This document shows positions 1-9,723 of a DNA stretch of 64,000 bases, piece after piece. Position 1 is the stretch's first letter, and every line of letters begins with the position of its first letter. The translations under genes were made by a program, and so were the position numbers. The notes below the pieces were generated by a model. That model was not told the DNA's origin. It did no database searches and saw only the letters and a list, made by a program, of their open reading frames with translations. Origin of the DNA: an uncultured virus (IMG/VR IMGVR_UViG_3300013306_000014) (Duplodnaviria > Heunggongvirae > Uroviricota > Caudoviricetes); the IMG/VR virus record IMGVR_UViG_3300013306_000014. The stretch is one strand, 5' to 3'.

Positions 1-2
1 AG

Positions 3-1652
3 TTGCAGGAACAGACCGTGAGGATCTTCGCCGTCCATGATGCATTCGATTACATGCTGCAAGTGAATCCCTTGCGGAATGATATCGTTACGCGTCAGAC
101 GTTCGTACATTGCAGGCGCCACCAACTTATAGAAGCCGATGATGTACGCAAAGTTCTTCATGGTTACAGCCATGTTGTTCTGAGACGTCACCGCACGTTT
201 GACTTCTTCCCGATCAATCGGACCGAAGGCTGGCAAGCCGTAAGACTTACGAACACGTTTGATGATATCCCGGCCAGCAGCACCGATTACCTGAGTATGT
301 TGACGACCGTTGTTCAGACGGTTTACCGTGGAGTTCGAGAAGATCACCACGTCGGCACGAATACCGTTCTCGTCTGTAGGCATGTCTTCGTCTGGAGCAA
401 CCGCCGAAGTAACGCCTTTACCACCAGATTGGTCAGTAACCTTAGGACCTTCGCCAACCGACGTCTTGTACTGGTAGATGATTTCCACACGGAACTCATC
501 CAAGATCTCGCCGCGATACTTCGTGCGAACACGCAGTTGGTCGGCTTTGCTCTTCGGCCAGATACCTTCTTCCAGCAGACGCTCACCGCTACGTGCGATT
601 GCTTCGTACAGGAGAATGCGCAGACGTGGAGACATTGCAACGTCATCAGCCAGGAAGTTACCTTTCCGGCAGAGGCACGTCTTAACGATCTTGGTGTAGA
701 ACTCTTGGTCGGCCTCGTAGTACTTCAGGAACTGTTTGGTCATTTCCTTTGGTAGTTTCGGGGAAGACAGCCTATCGTTATGAAGGACTCGGATGTCTAC
801 GACTTGAGCGTTCGGTACGCCGTACAGCGGTGTGTCCAACCCATACTGCGGTTTAAGCAGCTTGGTACGAGTCATGTAGACTGGATCGTACTTCGGATCG
901 AAAGGCCGTGAGGCGCAGATCAGGCCGTTTGACTGGATGAAATCACCGATGTCTGGAATAGGTTTGTACTCTTCCAGGTTACCGTTCCAGTTGATTGGGT
1001 AATGACTACCGCCGAAGCGAGCAATCCGACTTTCAAAGCCTGTCGAGCGAATACGCTTGGCATAACTCTGACTGATCTTTACACCGTCTTCAGTACCTGC
1101 CGGATCAGAGATCATGCAGACGTTGGTTTCCAGACCGTACATGTAGTCGCCGTCATCCGTAACAGCCGGAGAACGAGCAATAACTGTACCTGCCTTGAAG
1201 CGCTTACCTTTAACGATGGCGTCATAGACGTCCTGATCGTATTCGAACTCGAATCCGTAATGCTGATGCATTACGTGAAACTTGCTCAACTCGACCACGT
1301 CCAGCTCTTTCGTTTCCCAATCCTCGTAGATCACCAGATCGAACGGGTTGATCTGGAACTTATCGCCGAAGTTACGGGATGTAAATCGTGGGATGATTGC
1401 CAACACCACAGCTTCGCGAGGAAACTGATGGTTAAATGTAGCTTTGGCAATCTCGCGTTCCAACCCAGTCTGCTGGCGTTTACGGGTACGTCCATCCACA
1501 ATCAATACTTGGGACAGGTTACCGGTGAACATTGCTTGACGGGCACCAGAGACACATTTGAACTGAGAGTTTAAACCACTGATCGGAACCATCTCCGGTG
1601 GAATGGTGTAGCGCTCTTGAGGTAAATGATCGGTTGGATCAAATGGATTCAT
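3..1652 (-). CDS. non-virion RNA polymerase beta-like subunit (phiKZ gp71-73-like), partial, runs off window start
   Basis: Manual translation from ATG 1652 (SD AAGGAGA) gives MNPFDPTDH...SGARQAMFTGNLSQ...GPKVTDQSGGKGVTS..DEDMPTDENGIRADVV..NRLNNG, matching the beta-subunit GDK..HGNKGV..DMP region. Absent from the ORF track because no stop lies in the window. Confidence 0.9.
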   Translation of the reverse strand, partial: MNPFDPTDHLPQERYTIPPEMVPISGLNSQFKCVSGARQAMFTGNLSQVLIVDGRTRKRQQTGLEREIAKATFNHQFPREAVVLAIIPRFTSRNFGDKFQINPFDLVIYEDWETKELDVVELSKFHVMHQHYGFEFEYDQDVYDAIVKGKRFKAGTVIARSPAVTDDGDYMYGLETNVCMISDPAGTEDGVKISQSYAKRIRSTGFESRIARFGGSHYPINWNGNLEEYKPIPDIGDFIQSNGLICASRPFDPKYDPVYMTRTKLLKPQYGLDTPLYGVPNAQVVDIRVLHNDRLSSPKLPKEMTKQFLKYYEADQEFYTKIVKTCLCRKGNFLADDVAMSPRLRILLYEAIARSGERLLEEGIWPKSKADQLRVRTKYRGEILDEFRVEIIYQYKTSVGEGPKVTDQSGGKGVTSAVAPDEDMPTDENGIRADVVIFSNSTVNRLNNGRQHTQVIGAAGRDIIKRVRKSYGLPAFGPIDREEVKRAVTSQNNMAVTMKNFAYIIGFYKLVAPAMYERLTRNDIIPQGIHLQHVIECIMDGEDPHGLFLQ

Positions 1653-1694
1653 TCAATCGGTCTCCTTATTACTTTGGGCTGAGATTCTATTTCG

Positions 1695-1717
1695 GTAATG
1701 TATAACTCAAGACTTTT
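1695..1717 (-). promoter_or_regulatory. putative early (vRNAP) promoter
   Basis: Minus strand AAAA-N11-TACATTAC upstream of the nvRNAP beta gene; motif recurs in the window and resembles the phiKZ early consensus TATATTAC. Confidence 0.7.
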
Positions 1718-1729
1718 ATAGGTAAACAC

Positions 1730-2071
1730 ATGACTGGCATTTCCAAGTGGATCGTAGCGTCTCCCTCAAGCTTCACACTCACTCAAGAATATAAGACGTA
1801 CGTGGACTCTCTGATCATTTACTTCAGGGATTCTGAAACCACTCGTCAAGTGATGGTGTCTCCTGAGACTGGATATCTCTACAGGTTTGACCTAACACAG
1901 TTCCTTTTAGCGAACGGCGTACCACTTGAGGATCATTATCTGGTGATGCGAGTTAACGGGTTTTCCTCTATTCACCAGATTGATGAAACGATCAACCATG
2001 TGCTTGTGCCTGACATGGCCTTGGTTGCGCGGTTTAAACAAATCTACAGAACTAGCCTGAATGTCAGCTAG
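1730..2071 (+). CDS. hypothetical protein (113 aa), likely conserved in jumbo phages
   Basis: Fills the gap between core genes, has an SD-like AGGT and is followed by a terminator. Confidence 0.75.
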   Translation: MTGISKWIVASPSSFTLTQEYKTYVDSLIIYFRDSETTRQVMVSPETGYLYRFDLTQFLLANGVPLEDHYLVMRVNGFSSIHQIDETINHVLVPDMALVARFKQIYRTSLNVS

Positions 2072-2074
2072 GGG

Positions 2075-2123
2075 ACAAAAAGAAAAGTAGAATAGGCGGG
2101 GAAGTCCCCGCCTCTCTATGCCG
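2075..2123. terminator. bidirectional intrinsic terminator
   Basis: Hairpin AGGCGGGGA/TCCCCGCCT between convergent genes, followed by TCTATGCC on + and a T-tract on -. Confidence 0.8.
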
Positions 2124-2127
2124 CTAA

Positions 2128-3396
2128 TTACCAGCCACGACCACCGCGTCCACCACCACGACGATCATCGTCGCGATCGCGACCTGAGCGCCAGCTTGGG
2201 CTTTCACGACGGCTATCACGTTCATCACGATCGCGATCACGGCCTTTACCACCCATCAGGTCACGGAAGCTTCCATGATTTGAACGGCTGTCCGAGCGAT
2301 CATCATCACGATCACGGCTCGAACGACTGCTGTTGACAGTGTCGCGGAAACTTGAACCAGCAGCCGGACGCTTCTCTTCATCGCTACCGATGGTGAGTTT
2401 GGCTTTAGGTTCATTCCACGGCAGATCATCATCGGCACCAACATCAGTCGCACTTGCTTCGAACGCAGAACGTTCTTCTTCGATTTCCTTACCGGTGTTA
2501 CCCGGCAGAGCAGGAACTGCTCGGCTGCAAACCTTGGCGAAGTCGTCGAAGTTATCGAGTTCATCGCTCCAGTCCAGATTGAACTTCAGCTCTTCGAACG
2601 ATGGGCACTTGGGCGCATGTACAGTGAGGATGTCGTTCAACCGAGTTGCCAGCGTGTGGAAGGACAGCAACAGGCTATGGAAGTACGGCGAGTTGCCGTT
2701 CTTACTGCCAGAGGTGTACATCTTGCGAGCTGGCTCGTCGCCCAGGATGTATTCGAGAACCGATACAATCAGCGCTTTGTCCTTGGTCTTCCGTGGCATC
2801 TTCACGCCAAAGAAGGTTTCGGTTTCTTCGCTATCGGCTTCATCCATGATCGGGAAGGTTACAACCGATTGACGCAGACTGCCGTCGTCGGTCTTGGCTT
2901 TCAGGATAATGGTAATCAGGTGCTTCTCAGGAACCTGACTGACAGCATCGAACACCTTGCGCATTGTATCGACAGTCTTTTCATCGACTTCACCAATACC
3001 TGCCAGAGCGGTCAGATACTTGGAAGCCTTGGCAGACATGCCTTTGTGGCGCTTGGAGTCGGATGCCAGTTCCATCAACGACAGGCCGATGTGGCGAACC
3101 GTTGCCTTGATGCGCTCACCGACGTAGTTCTTGAAGGCATTCAGTACAGGACTTGGGCCTTCGGTGATCTGTTCAGCAAGGGGATGGAACCCAGTACGTT
3201 CTTCACCCAGACCTTCTTTCAAGATCCGCTGTACAGTAATGCACAGGCGAGTCTTGTTCAGGGTCACTGGAGATGGCTTGCCATCCTTCATGAAGGACAG
3301 ATGGCCGTCATCCGGCTCTTCTTCGAAAACCCCTACGTCAAGTAGGACCTTTCGGTTGAAGTCATTCATTCGATCGAGCTTACTTCCACTCATCAC
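2128..3396 (-). CDS. conserved core protein (phiKZ gp70-like) with RD/RGG-rich tail
   Basis: 422 aa, lies between the PicA-like and nvRNAP beta genes; low-complexity C-terminus. Confidence 0.75.
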   Translation of the reverse strand: MMSGSKLDRMNDFNRKVLLDVGVFEEEPDDGHLSFMKDGKPSPVTLNKTRLCITVQRILKEGLGEERTGFHPLAEQITEGPSPVLNAFKNYVGERIKATVRHIGLSLMELASDSKRHKGMSAKASKYLTALAGIGEVDEKTVDTMRKVFDAVSQVPEKHLITIILKAKTDDGSLRQSVVTFPIMDEADSEETETFFGVKMPRKTKDKALIVSVLEYILGDEPARKMYTSGSKNGNSPYFHSLLLSFHTLATRLNDILTVHAPKCPSFEELKFNLDWSDELDNFDDFAKVCSRAVPALPGNTGKEIEEERSAFEASATDVGADDDLPWNEPKAKLTIGSDEEKRPAAGSSFRDTVNSSRSSRDRDDDRSDSRSNHGSFRDLMGGKGRDRDRDERDSRRESPSWRSGRDRDDDRRGGGRGGRGW

Positions 3397-3436
3397 TAAT
3401 TCCCGTGGTCATTAATAGGGGTTTGTGAAAAGGGCT

Positions 3437-5029
3437 TTACCAGCCCTTACCACCTTTACGGTCGCCAGATGCTGCTGCTGGAGCGGCTCTGTAATCGTTA
3501 TCCCGAGGACGCGACTCTTTACTGCTTGGAGCCAGATTGATGCGACTTTCACTGCCGGTGTGCAGGCCGTCTTCACGAGCCCCAACGCCTGCGCGCGACA
3601 TCCGCATGTTCGACAGACCGGAGGCCAGATCGATAACGCCTTTCGACATCCGATCAAGCGACTTGAAGTCTTTATCCTGAGTAGGCGCCAGAAGGCTGGA
3701 TGCATACGCTGGGAAGTTGAACGATGCTTCTTCACCGCCGTCCATCCGGATACGGATCTTGATGAACTGGTCGATGTTCGCGTCGATGTACGCTTCGAAC
3801 TCAAACGCACCACCGCAACCAACTTCTTCCATCAGAACGTGTTCGATCTGACTTTCGAAGTACGGCCAGTTCGCCTTAACCGACATGCCTGGAGCAAACG
3901 GAGTTGGCTCAGAGCAAACCACTTTGTACTCGCCGAAGCGGGCACGACTGTTCAGCACCAGACCAGACACCGACGAATACATCGAGTTGATCAGAATGCC
4001 CGGCAGGGAGTTTGCGATGATGGTCGCTGCAATCGCCTCGTTGGTATCTTCACCCCAAGCGGAGTTGTTGATGAAACCACCGCGCTTACGCTTGTCCAAC
4101 GGAACGAACATCAACTGACGATCTTCATCGAAGTCGGCGTTCATGTCCATCAGTTCGCCGAAAGTAATGCAACCTTCACGGAGAATGTTGGTATCGCGCT
4201 TGATGCGTTCCAGATACGGATCGAGTTCCAGAGAGTTCTCTGCCAACCGATCAGAAGTTGCCTGGATGGTGTCTTCATCATTACCGTCACCGACGTACGC
4301 GTCGTTAGGCGAATTACTCGCCTGCATCCACGCATTCAGGTTACGGGCCGCGTAAGCGGTCTGGCTATTGTTGACAACGTTCGATGCACGGATAGCCGAG
4401 CTGAACGAACCAACGGTGTTGTTGACATTGCTGTCGTTATCACGCATGAACGAACCGAATGCCGCATCTGCACCACCGCGCTTGAACAAGTCGGTAGGAC
4501 GCAGAGTAACTGGACGATCGCCGCCACGGGTAGTGCCACGATCAGAACCGGTCAGGCTGGAGCGAAGCAGGATCTGGTCATGCGCTTGAATCTTCGGCAC
4601 CCAGATATTGCTATCGCGGTGACGGGATTCCTGCATGTGAACCCGCGTTATGTTATTGAAGTACATTTTCATGCCAGCATCGAACTTCGCGTTATCACCA
4701 CGACGGGCGTGATCGCTTTTGTCGGTATAACCCACGATGTATTCGTAGGTGCTGGCGTTGTCACGGTTCATCACCTTAACAACCATCCCGAACATGATCC
4801 GGGTTTCATCCCAGCCGTTGGCGATGTGAGACTTGTGTTGCCGGCGGTTCGATGGACCGAGAAGTGGTGCTACAACCTTGGCCAGACGAATGGTGCTCAG
4901 GTTCGAGCCGTCATCGGTAGCCTTGGCGAAGAGATCGAGGTCATCTTTCTTCAGGGTGGTTTCGTAAGGGCGAATGACTGGAGTGTCGCTGCCTTCAGTT
5001 TCCACGAAGATAAGTTTAACGAGTTCCAT
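3437..5029 (-). CDS. picA: phage-nucleus protein import factor PicA/Imp1 (phiKZ gp69-like)
   Basis: 530 aa, SD AGGAG, directly downstream of the gp68-like gene; assignment mainly by synteny and size. Confidence 0.7.
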   Translation of the reverse strand: MELVKLIFVETEGSDTPVIRPYETTLKKDDLDLFAKATDDGSNLSTIRLAKVVAPLLGPSNRRQHKSHIANGWDETRIMFGMVVKVMNRDNASTYEYIVGYTDKSDHARRGDNAKFDAGMKMYFNNITRVHMQESRHRDSNIWVPKIQAHDQILLRSSLTGSDRGTTRGGDRPVTLRPTDLFKRGGADAAFGSFMRDNDSNVNNTVGSFSSAIRASNVVNNSQTAYAARNLNAWMQASNSPNDAYVGDGNDEDTIQATSDRLAENSLELDPYLERIKRDTNILREGCITFGELMDMNADFDEDRQLMFVPLDKRKRGGFINNSAWGEDTNEAIAATIIANSLPGILINSMYSSVSGLVLNSRARFGEYKVVCSEPTPFAPGMSVKANWPYFESQIEHVLMEEVGCGGAFEFEAYIDANIDQFIKIRIRMDGGEEASFNFPAYASSLLAPTQDKDFKSLDRMSKGVIDLASGLSNMRMSRAGVGAREDGLHTGSESRINLAPSSKESRPRDNDYRAAPAAASGDRKGGKGW

Positions 5030-5069
5030 GAGTTACTCCTGTGCTTAATACTCTAGGGGATTGAACTTT

Positions 5070-6659
5070 TCAGTCCATTACCGGGATAGGGATGTGGCGT
5101 ACGTAACCGTCCAGCTTGATAAACAACTCAGCCAGCTCATCACGGAAGTCACTGGAAACTTGCAGACGCCGGGTAACGTCTGACCGCTCGTACTTCGCTG
5201 CCAATTGGCGCGGGCACTGAGGTTCCCACTCGTTCTTGAAGAATACATTTGCCGCGTCTTCCACCCCACGTACCCCAACGTTTGGTGATTGACCACTATC
5301 CTTCTTGCTCTCCGGCATTGTGTAAGGATAGATGTATTCCAGTTGTTTCATGTTCTCGTCGCTGATCTTGGTTCTAGGAACCGGGGTCATCATCTCGTCG
5401 TCTGCCATCTGGACGGGAGCTGCTGTTTGCAGGATTGCCAATTGATGGAAACCCCACTTCCACAGGACGGTCTGGGAAATACCCATTGCCGTGAACAGAG
5501 TGTTACGGTCGAACATCTCGATCGCACAACCTGCTACCACTGTAGACATAACCCAGATGCAGAGAGCTACTTGAGCATCGTTCGGATCAAACCGTGCCAA
5601 CTTCTGCGCGCGGGCTACACACATCTCGGTTTGTTCGTCAGTGATCTCTTGATCGATTGCTCGAGCTGCCTCGAGGTAATCGGTGATGTACAGCTGGAAG
5701 ATGCAGAGGTCGCCAGTACTGATCTGCTCCTTCATTTTGTAATAGCACCAGACCGAACTGTTGTCGTCTGTTGCTGCTTCCACATCGATCTTCGAACGGA
5801 TGTTACCGCCGAATGCCGCTGGAAGTCTGTTGTTGTTACCGCAGACGTAGTTGAAGACCACCTTCATCAAGTGATCCTTATCCGTCTCTGCGGACAACGG
5901 GGCGATCGAAACCTTACGGATCAATGCCAGTGCCATCAGGAAGACAGGGATCTCCTCGGATGACAGGAACTCGAAGATGATAGCCATCTCGTGTTCCATC
6001 TCGGTAGTGTTTGCCCGAACGTAAGTTTACAGACGATCGAATGCAGGACACTCTTTGAGTAGGCAGGTTTCCAGAAGTTTGTACGCAACGTACTCCTTCT
6101 TCTTCGGACCTTCTTCCTTTATAGCGATTGGAAGGAAGGCGCCCCAAACAGGAATCATGCACCGTAGGCCCAATGCAACTGCTGCCAGATCGATGTATTC
6201 CCGTTTCAGATAAGTACGCTCCATGTAGATCGGAGTGATCTTATCCGCTGTAACGTAAGTGTCGGCCAGTTCTGCGGGGAACTTGATGTTCTTATTACTG
6301 GTCAGGTAATCACGCAGATCTTCGAACTTCACGATGTCGAAGATACCTTTGACGATATCTTGCAGCAACTCCATGAATTCACTGGCTTTTACATCTGTAC
6401 CGTACGAGTCCAGCACCGTGTCAAGGCGGGCGTAGCAATCGTACAGCTTTTGTTGATCCCCCTTACTGTAACGGCTGATGAGATCATTGATCTCGCTGAA
6501 CAGCTCGACGCGCATCCCGAACTCGTCATCGTTCTTTACTGCACCCGGTTTAGCGTTAGCATAACCTGCGGCATTAATGATGATATCGTTTTCACCAGGG
6601 TGGGACACAGCGACAGCTGAGAAACTTCGTTTGGTAAATCCAGTGATGCTGAATTCCAT
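5070..6659 (-). CDS. nvRNAP sigma-like promoter-specificity subunit (phiKZ gp68-like), interrupted by in-frame TAA at 6027-6029
   Basis: ORFs 6027..6680 and 5070..5999 are in frame, nine codons apart. Joined 529-codon product has gp68-like blocks FSEIND, TYLKREYIDLA..LGLR..IPVWG, SSEEIP, LWKWGF. Start ATG 6659 with SD GGAG. Confidence 0.85.
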
Positions 6660-6702
6660 CAATACACTCCGCTTGGTCACTATATGGTGCTTGCTCTATA
6701 GT

Positions 6703-6725
6703 GTAATGTATGCCTGTGTATTTTT
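6703..6725 (-). promoter_or_regulatory. putative early promoter for the gp68-gp69-gp70-like unit
   Basis: AAAAA-N10-TACATTAC on minus strand. Confidence 0.7.
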
Positions 6726-6735
6726 ACGTTAAGGC

Positions 6736-6777
6736 GGCATAAAGCCCGTGATACAAGGCTGTTAGACCCTGTATCAC
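6736..6777 (-). terminator. hairpin plus TTTATGCC terminator
   Basis: GTGATACA..TGTATCAC stem just after the ChmC-like stop. Confidence 0.65.
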
Positions 6778-6799
6778 AAACGCTAAATGCTCTCAGACC

Positions 6800-7600
6800 C
6801 TAGAAAGGGATATCGTCGTCGAAGCCGTTACCGTCGCCCAGAGGCGCTGATGGCTGCTGTTGCTGTTGCTGCGGAGGACGCTGCTGGTAGTTGTTACCAC
6901 CGCCATTGCCGCCGTTGTTATTGCGCTGCTGGTAACCGCCACCGCCACCCTGGGCTTTCTGCATGTTTTCCAGACGACGCTTCTTCTGGTACTCAGGCTC
7001 TTCCCACTTGTTGGTGAAGCGCTCGTAGTACACTTCCAGCCAGGCTTCAGCAGTTGCAATCGCTGCTTCACGGCTAGAGATCTTCACATCAACCGGCTGA
7101 CCATTTTGCATGATCATGTGGTATTCGTCAGATTTGAACTCGTGAACCATGTCTGGCTTGCCTTTGGCAGTGATGCCGAAGGTTACAACACCGTCTTCAC
7201 GTTTGGCCACTTGGAAGCGAGAGATGATCATCTTCTCTTTGGCACGAACGCTCTTACGCTGATCCGCATCCCACATGAATGGGAAGCCCCAGTTGTCGAC
7301 TTCGAACGACACTTCGCCGTTGTAGTTCGCAACACGGATGATCAGGTTCATCAGGGTACGGAAAGGGATCGGCGCCATCGGCGTATCGATCTTGACCGGG
7401 AAGCCTTCAGACTTGCCAGCTTTCGGTTCGGTCTTGTAACCGAAGTCGACCTCGATGATCGGGTTGTTGTTGTTCGAATCCAGCTTCACCCGGATCATGG
7501 TCTGACGGGCGCCTTCCTTCTGAGGAGCGCCGTACAGACGGAGTTTACCGTCGTCGATGGCTTCCGGTTCGCGGCGTTTCTTTTCGGGTTGTTGCGACAT
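6800..7600 (-). CDS. chmC: ChmC-like nucleic-acid-binding protein (phiKZ gp67-like) with G/N/Q-rich tail ending FDDDIPF
   Basis: Immediately upstream of the gp68-like gene; disordered GGGG/NNN/QQQ tail; start moved to ATG 7600 (SD AGGTG). Confidence 0.65.
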   Translation of the reverse strand: MSQQPEKKRREPEAIDDGKLRLYGAPQKEGARQTMIRVKLDSNNNNPIIEVDFGYKTEPKAGKSEGFPVKIDTPMAPIPFRTLMNLIIRVANYNGEVSFEVDNWGFPFMWDADQRKSVRAKEKMIISRFQVAKREDGVVTFGITAKGKPDMVHEFKSDEYHMIMQNGQPVDVKISSREAAIATAEAWLEVYYERFTNKWEEPEYQKKRRLENMQKAQGGGGGYQQRNNNGGNGGGNNYQQRPPQQQQQQPSAPLGDGNGFDDDIPF

Positions 7601-7664
7601 GTAAATCACCTGAGTGAGGATGAATGTGGTTTCTGGACATTCCATTGTCCCTATTCATAACTAT

Positions 7665-8522
7665 TTACGCACTATAGAGATCCTTGATCAACATCTCCAA
7701 CGCTGGATCTTTCCGGGAGGCGGCAGAGTCGATGATCAAAGCCTTAGTGGTAGCCGGAGTCCATTTGTAGGTCTCGGCTAGCTCCAGAACACGTTTGCGG
7801 ATCTTGATAGGCATCGGGCTGAATAGAATCCCATCACCAAACATCTGCAAGGTCATCTTGTCAAAAGGCAGGTTCGGATTCTCCTTTCCGCCAAGTAACT
7901 TCGTGTTCCACATAAGAGGTGTCTTTATAGCCCCTGTGTGCGATTCTAAGAGCGCTAACGAGGTAAACCGATACCTTTGTAGCAGGTCGATCGGATAATG
8001 CGTCAGAAGCACTGTCTTGTAATTGAAGTCAGGGAAGTCAGTTGTGTACTGTTCGATAGGAGAACCGCTCCCAAATTGAGTCAGGAGATTCTTGATTACC
8101 AGATTCTTCTGAGCCCAGTACATGTGTTGCGCTGTTGTGGTCGGAGCTTTCAACAGAGCTTGCTTGTACTTGCGCGGAACATCACCATACGTGCAGTGAT
8201 AGAACTTTACTTCACACCGACCATCTGACGTCTCTGAGATGATCTCCTCAATAACGCGCATCTCGTTACTGACGGCTTCAGCCATCGTGTACTCTTCGAG
8301 TAAAGTGCGCGCCTCCTTATCTACAGAGCCCAGCAGGTTACGAATCAACGTGCGGATGTTGATCAGCAGCAGGTCCCGCTTGAAGATCTCAGGCGAGTCC
8401 GTAGGAGCCTCAGGAAGGATACCGACCAGAGACTCAATTGCCAGACTTGTAGCAATGGAGATTGGAAACTGACCCATGGCTCTTTCGGACAGCTTCTCTC
8501 GTGAAATATTCTCAACGGTCAT
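7665..8522 (-). CDS. conserved core protein (phiKZ gp66-like), possible PIN/5'-nuclease-like fold
   Basis: 285 aa, next to SbcD; fold call is a guess from the LLINIRTLIRN segment. Confidence 0.6.
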   Translation of the reverse strand: MTVENISREKLSERAMGQFPISIATSLAIESLVGILPEAPTDSPEIFKRDLLLINIRTLIRNLLGSVDKEARTLLEEYTMAEAVSNEMRVIEEIISETSDGRCEVKFYHCTYGDVPRKYKQALLKAPTTTAQHMYWAQKNLVIKNLLTQFGSGSPIEQYTTDFPDFNYKTVLLTHYPIDLLQRYRFTSLALLESHTGAIKTPLMWNTKLLGGKENPNLPFDKMTLQMFGDGILFSPMPIKIRKRVLELAETYKWTPATTKALIIDSAASRKDPALEMLIKDLYSA

Positions 8523-8535
8523 GTATCTATTCCTG

Positions 8536-9723
8536 TTAGCCTTTCTCCAGCACCTTCACGATCTCCTTCATGATGTCATCAGGCGTACCCTCTAGACGTG
8601 GAAGTAGTAGCTGCATGAGCGTGTCTGGCCTGATTGATGTCAGGGTCACGGTCTCAACTATCAATCCAGTGTCTTCTGTGTCAAGGTCACCAGCGCCATC
8701 CACTACTTTGGTAGAGATGTTAAACTGCGGGAATTCTACGGTTATTCGGGTTAAGGCTGTGTAAGCCTCATCGTTTCGGCTGAGCTTCAAACGGAAGTAA
8801 CTACCGTCTGGACTGCCGTTATATTTCTTGAGGGTAGCAATCACTTGATTCAGTGTCTTACCTACTACCTCGATAGTCGTGAAGATGGTTGCTTCTTCAT
8901 TGACCACAAAGAACTCATCGTAGACGCCTTCCGTTGGGGAGAAGCAGAACTGTAGATGTCCTTTGTCATCCTCTTCATTAAACCTAAGTCTTTCAGTAGA
9001 GGACGGCACACGAATCTTACCGCTGGTCGTGTGGTGGTGGTTGTGACCAATGATGATCAAATGAACTACGATTGATTCGTACCGTTCCTCAAGGTGACTC
9101 GAGATACTACGTACAGGCTCCTGATAGGTGAACATGCCGTGCATGACGGCAAAGTCTACCTTGTCTATGCCTTGCTCCCGCATCAAGTCCTGAACCATCT
9201 TCCAGGTCTTGTTAGCGTCGTGGTTCACTTCATCCTGAATATACAGGACAGTCGGACCACCGGGGATGAGTTCATCAATGACGATGTTCTCGTAGTACTT
9301 GATGTCGGCGTTAGCCTCAATCATTTCGTTGTACTGAATCATCCAGCGGGACTGTCTGTTATCGTGGCTAGGCGTACCCTCAAGGATTCGGATAGCGACG
9401 CTGTGCTTTGCAGCCAGTTTCAGGAAGCGTTCCATCCACCGTGTAATCACGAACGCGTCATCGCTGTCATAAGCGAGACGTTTGTCAAACAGATCACCGG
9501 AGATAATGATCACATCCAGAGCTTTCATCCGCTCTTCATGGAAGGTCTTCTCCAGTACATCTACAATCTTTCCAGACTTAACCCGGTTATGTCCGAGGTG
9601 TACATCGCTGATAATAGCGATCAGCAGGTCACCCGCTTGTCTGACAGCGTAGGTGAGGCGGCTAAGCCCCACCTTGATGACGGTGCCTTTAGTCGATGAT
9701 AAAGTCGTCGTCGGATCTTGCAT
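8536..9723 (-). CDS. sbcD: SbcD/Mre11-like metallophosphoesterase nuclease
   Basis: Motifs SDVHLGH, SGDLFD, LEGTPSHD, MHG, GHNH; start uncertain (9723 or 9741). Confidence 0.9.
   Translation of the reverse strand: MQDPTTTLSSTKGTVIKVGLSRLTYAVRQAGDLLIAIISDVHLGHNRVKSGKIVDVLEKTFHEERMKALDVIIISGDLFDKRLAYDSDDAFVITRWMERFLKLAAKHSVAIRILEGTPSHDNRQSRWMIQYNEMIEANADIKYYENIVIDELIPGGPTVLYIQDEVNHDANKTWKMVQDLMREQGIDKVDFAVMHGMFTYQEPVRSISSHLEERYESIVVHLIIIGHNHHHTTSGKIRVPSSTERLRFNEEDDKGHLQFCFSPTEGVYDEFFVVNEEATIFTTIEVVGKTLNQVIATLKKYNGSPDGSYFRLKLSRNDEAYTALTRITVEFPQFNISTKVVDGAGDLDTEDTGLIVETVTLTSIRPDTLMQLLLPRLEGTPDDIMKEIVKVLEKG

Noticed and set aside
6850..6950. Trinucleotide-like repeats (GCT/GTT/GCC)
   Set aside because: They encode the Q/N/G-rich linker of the ChmC-like protein
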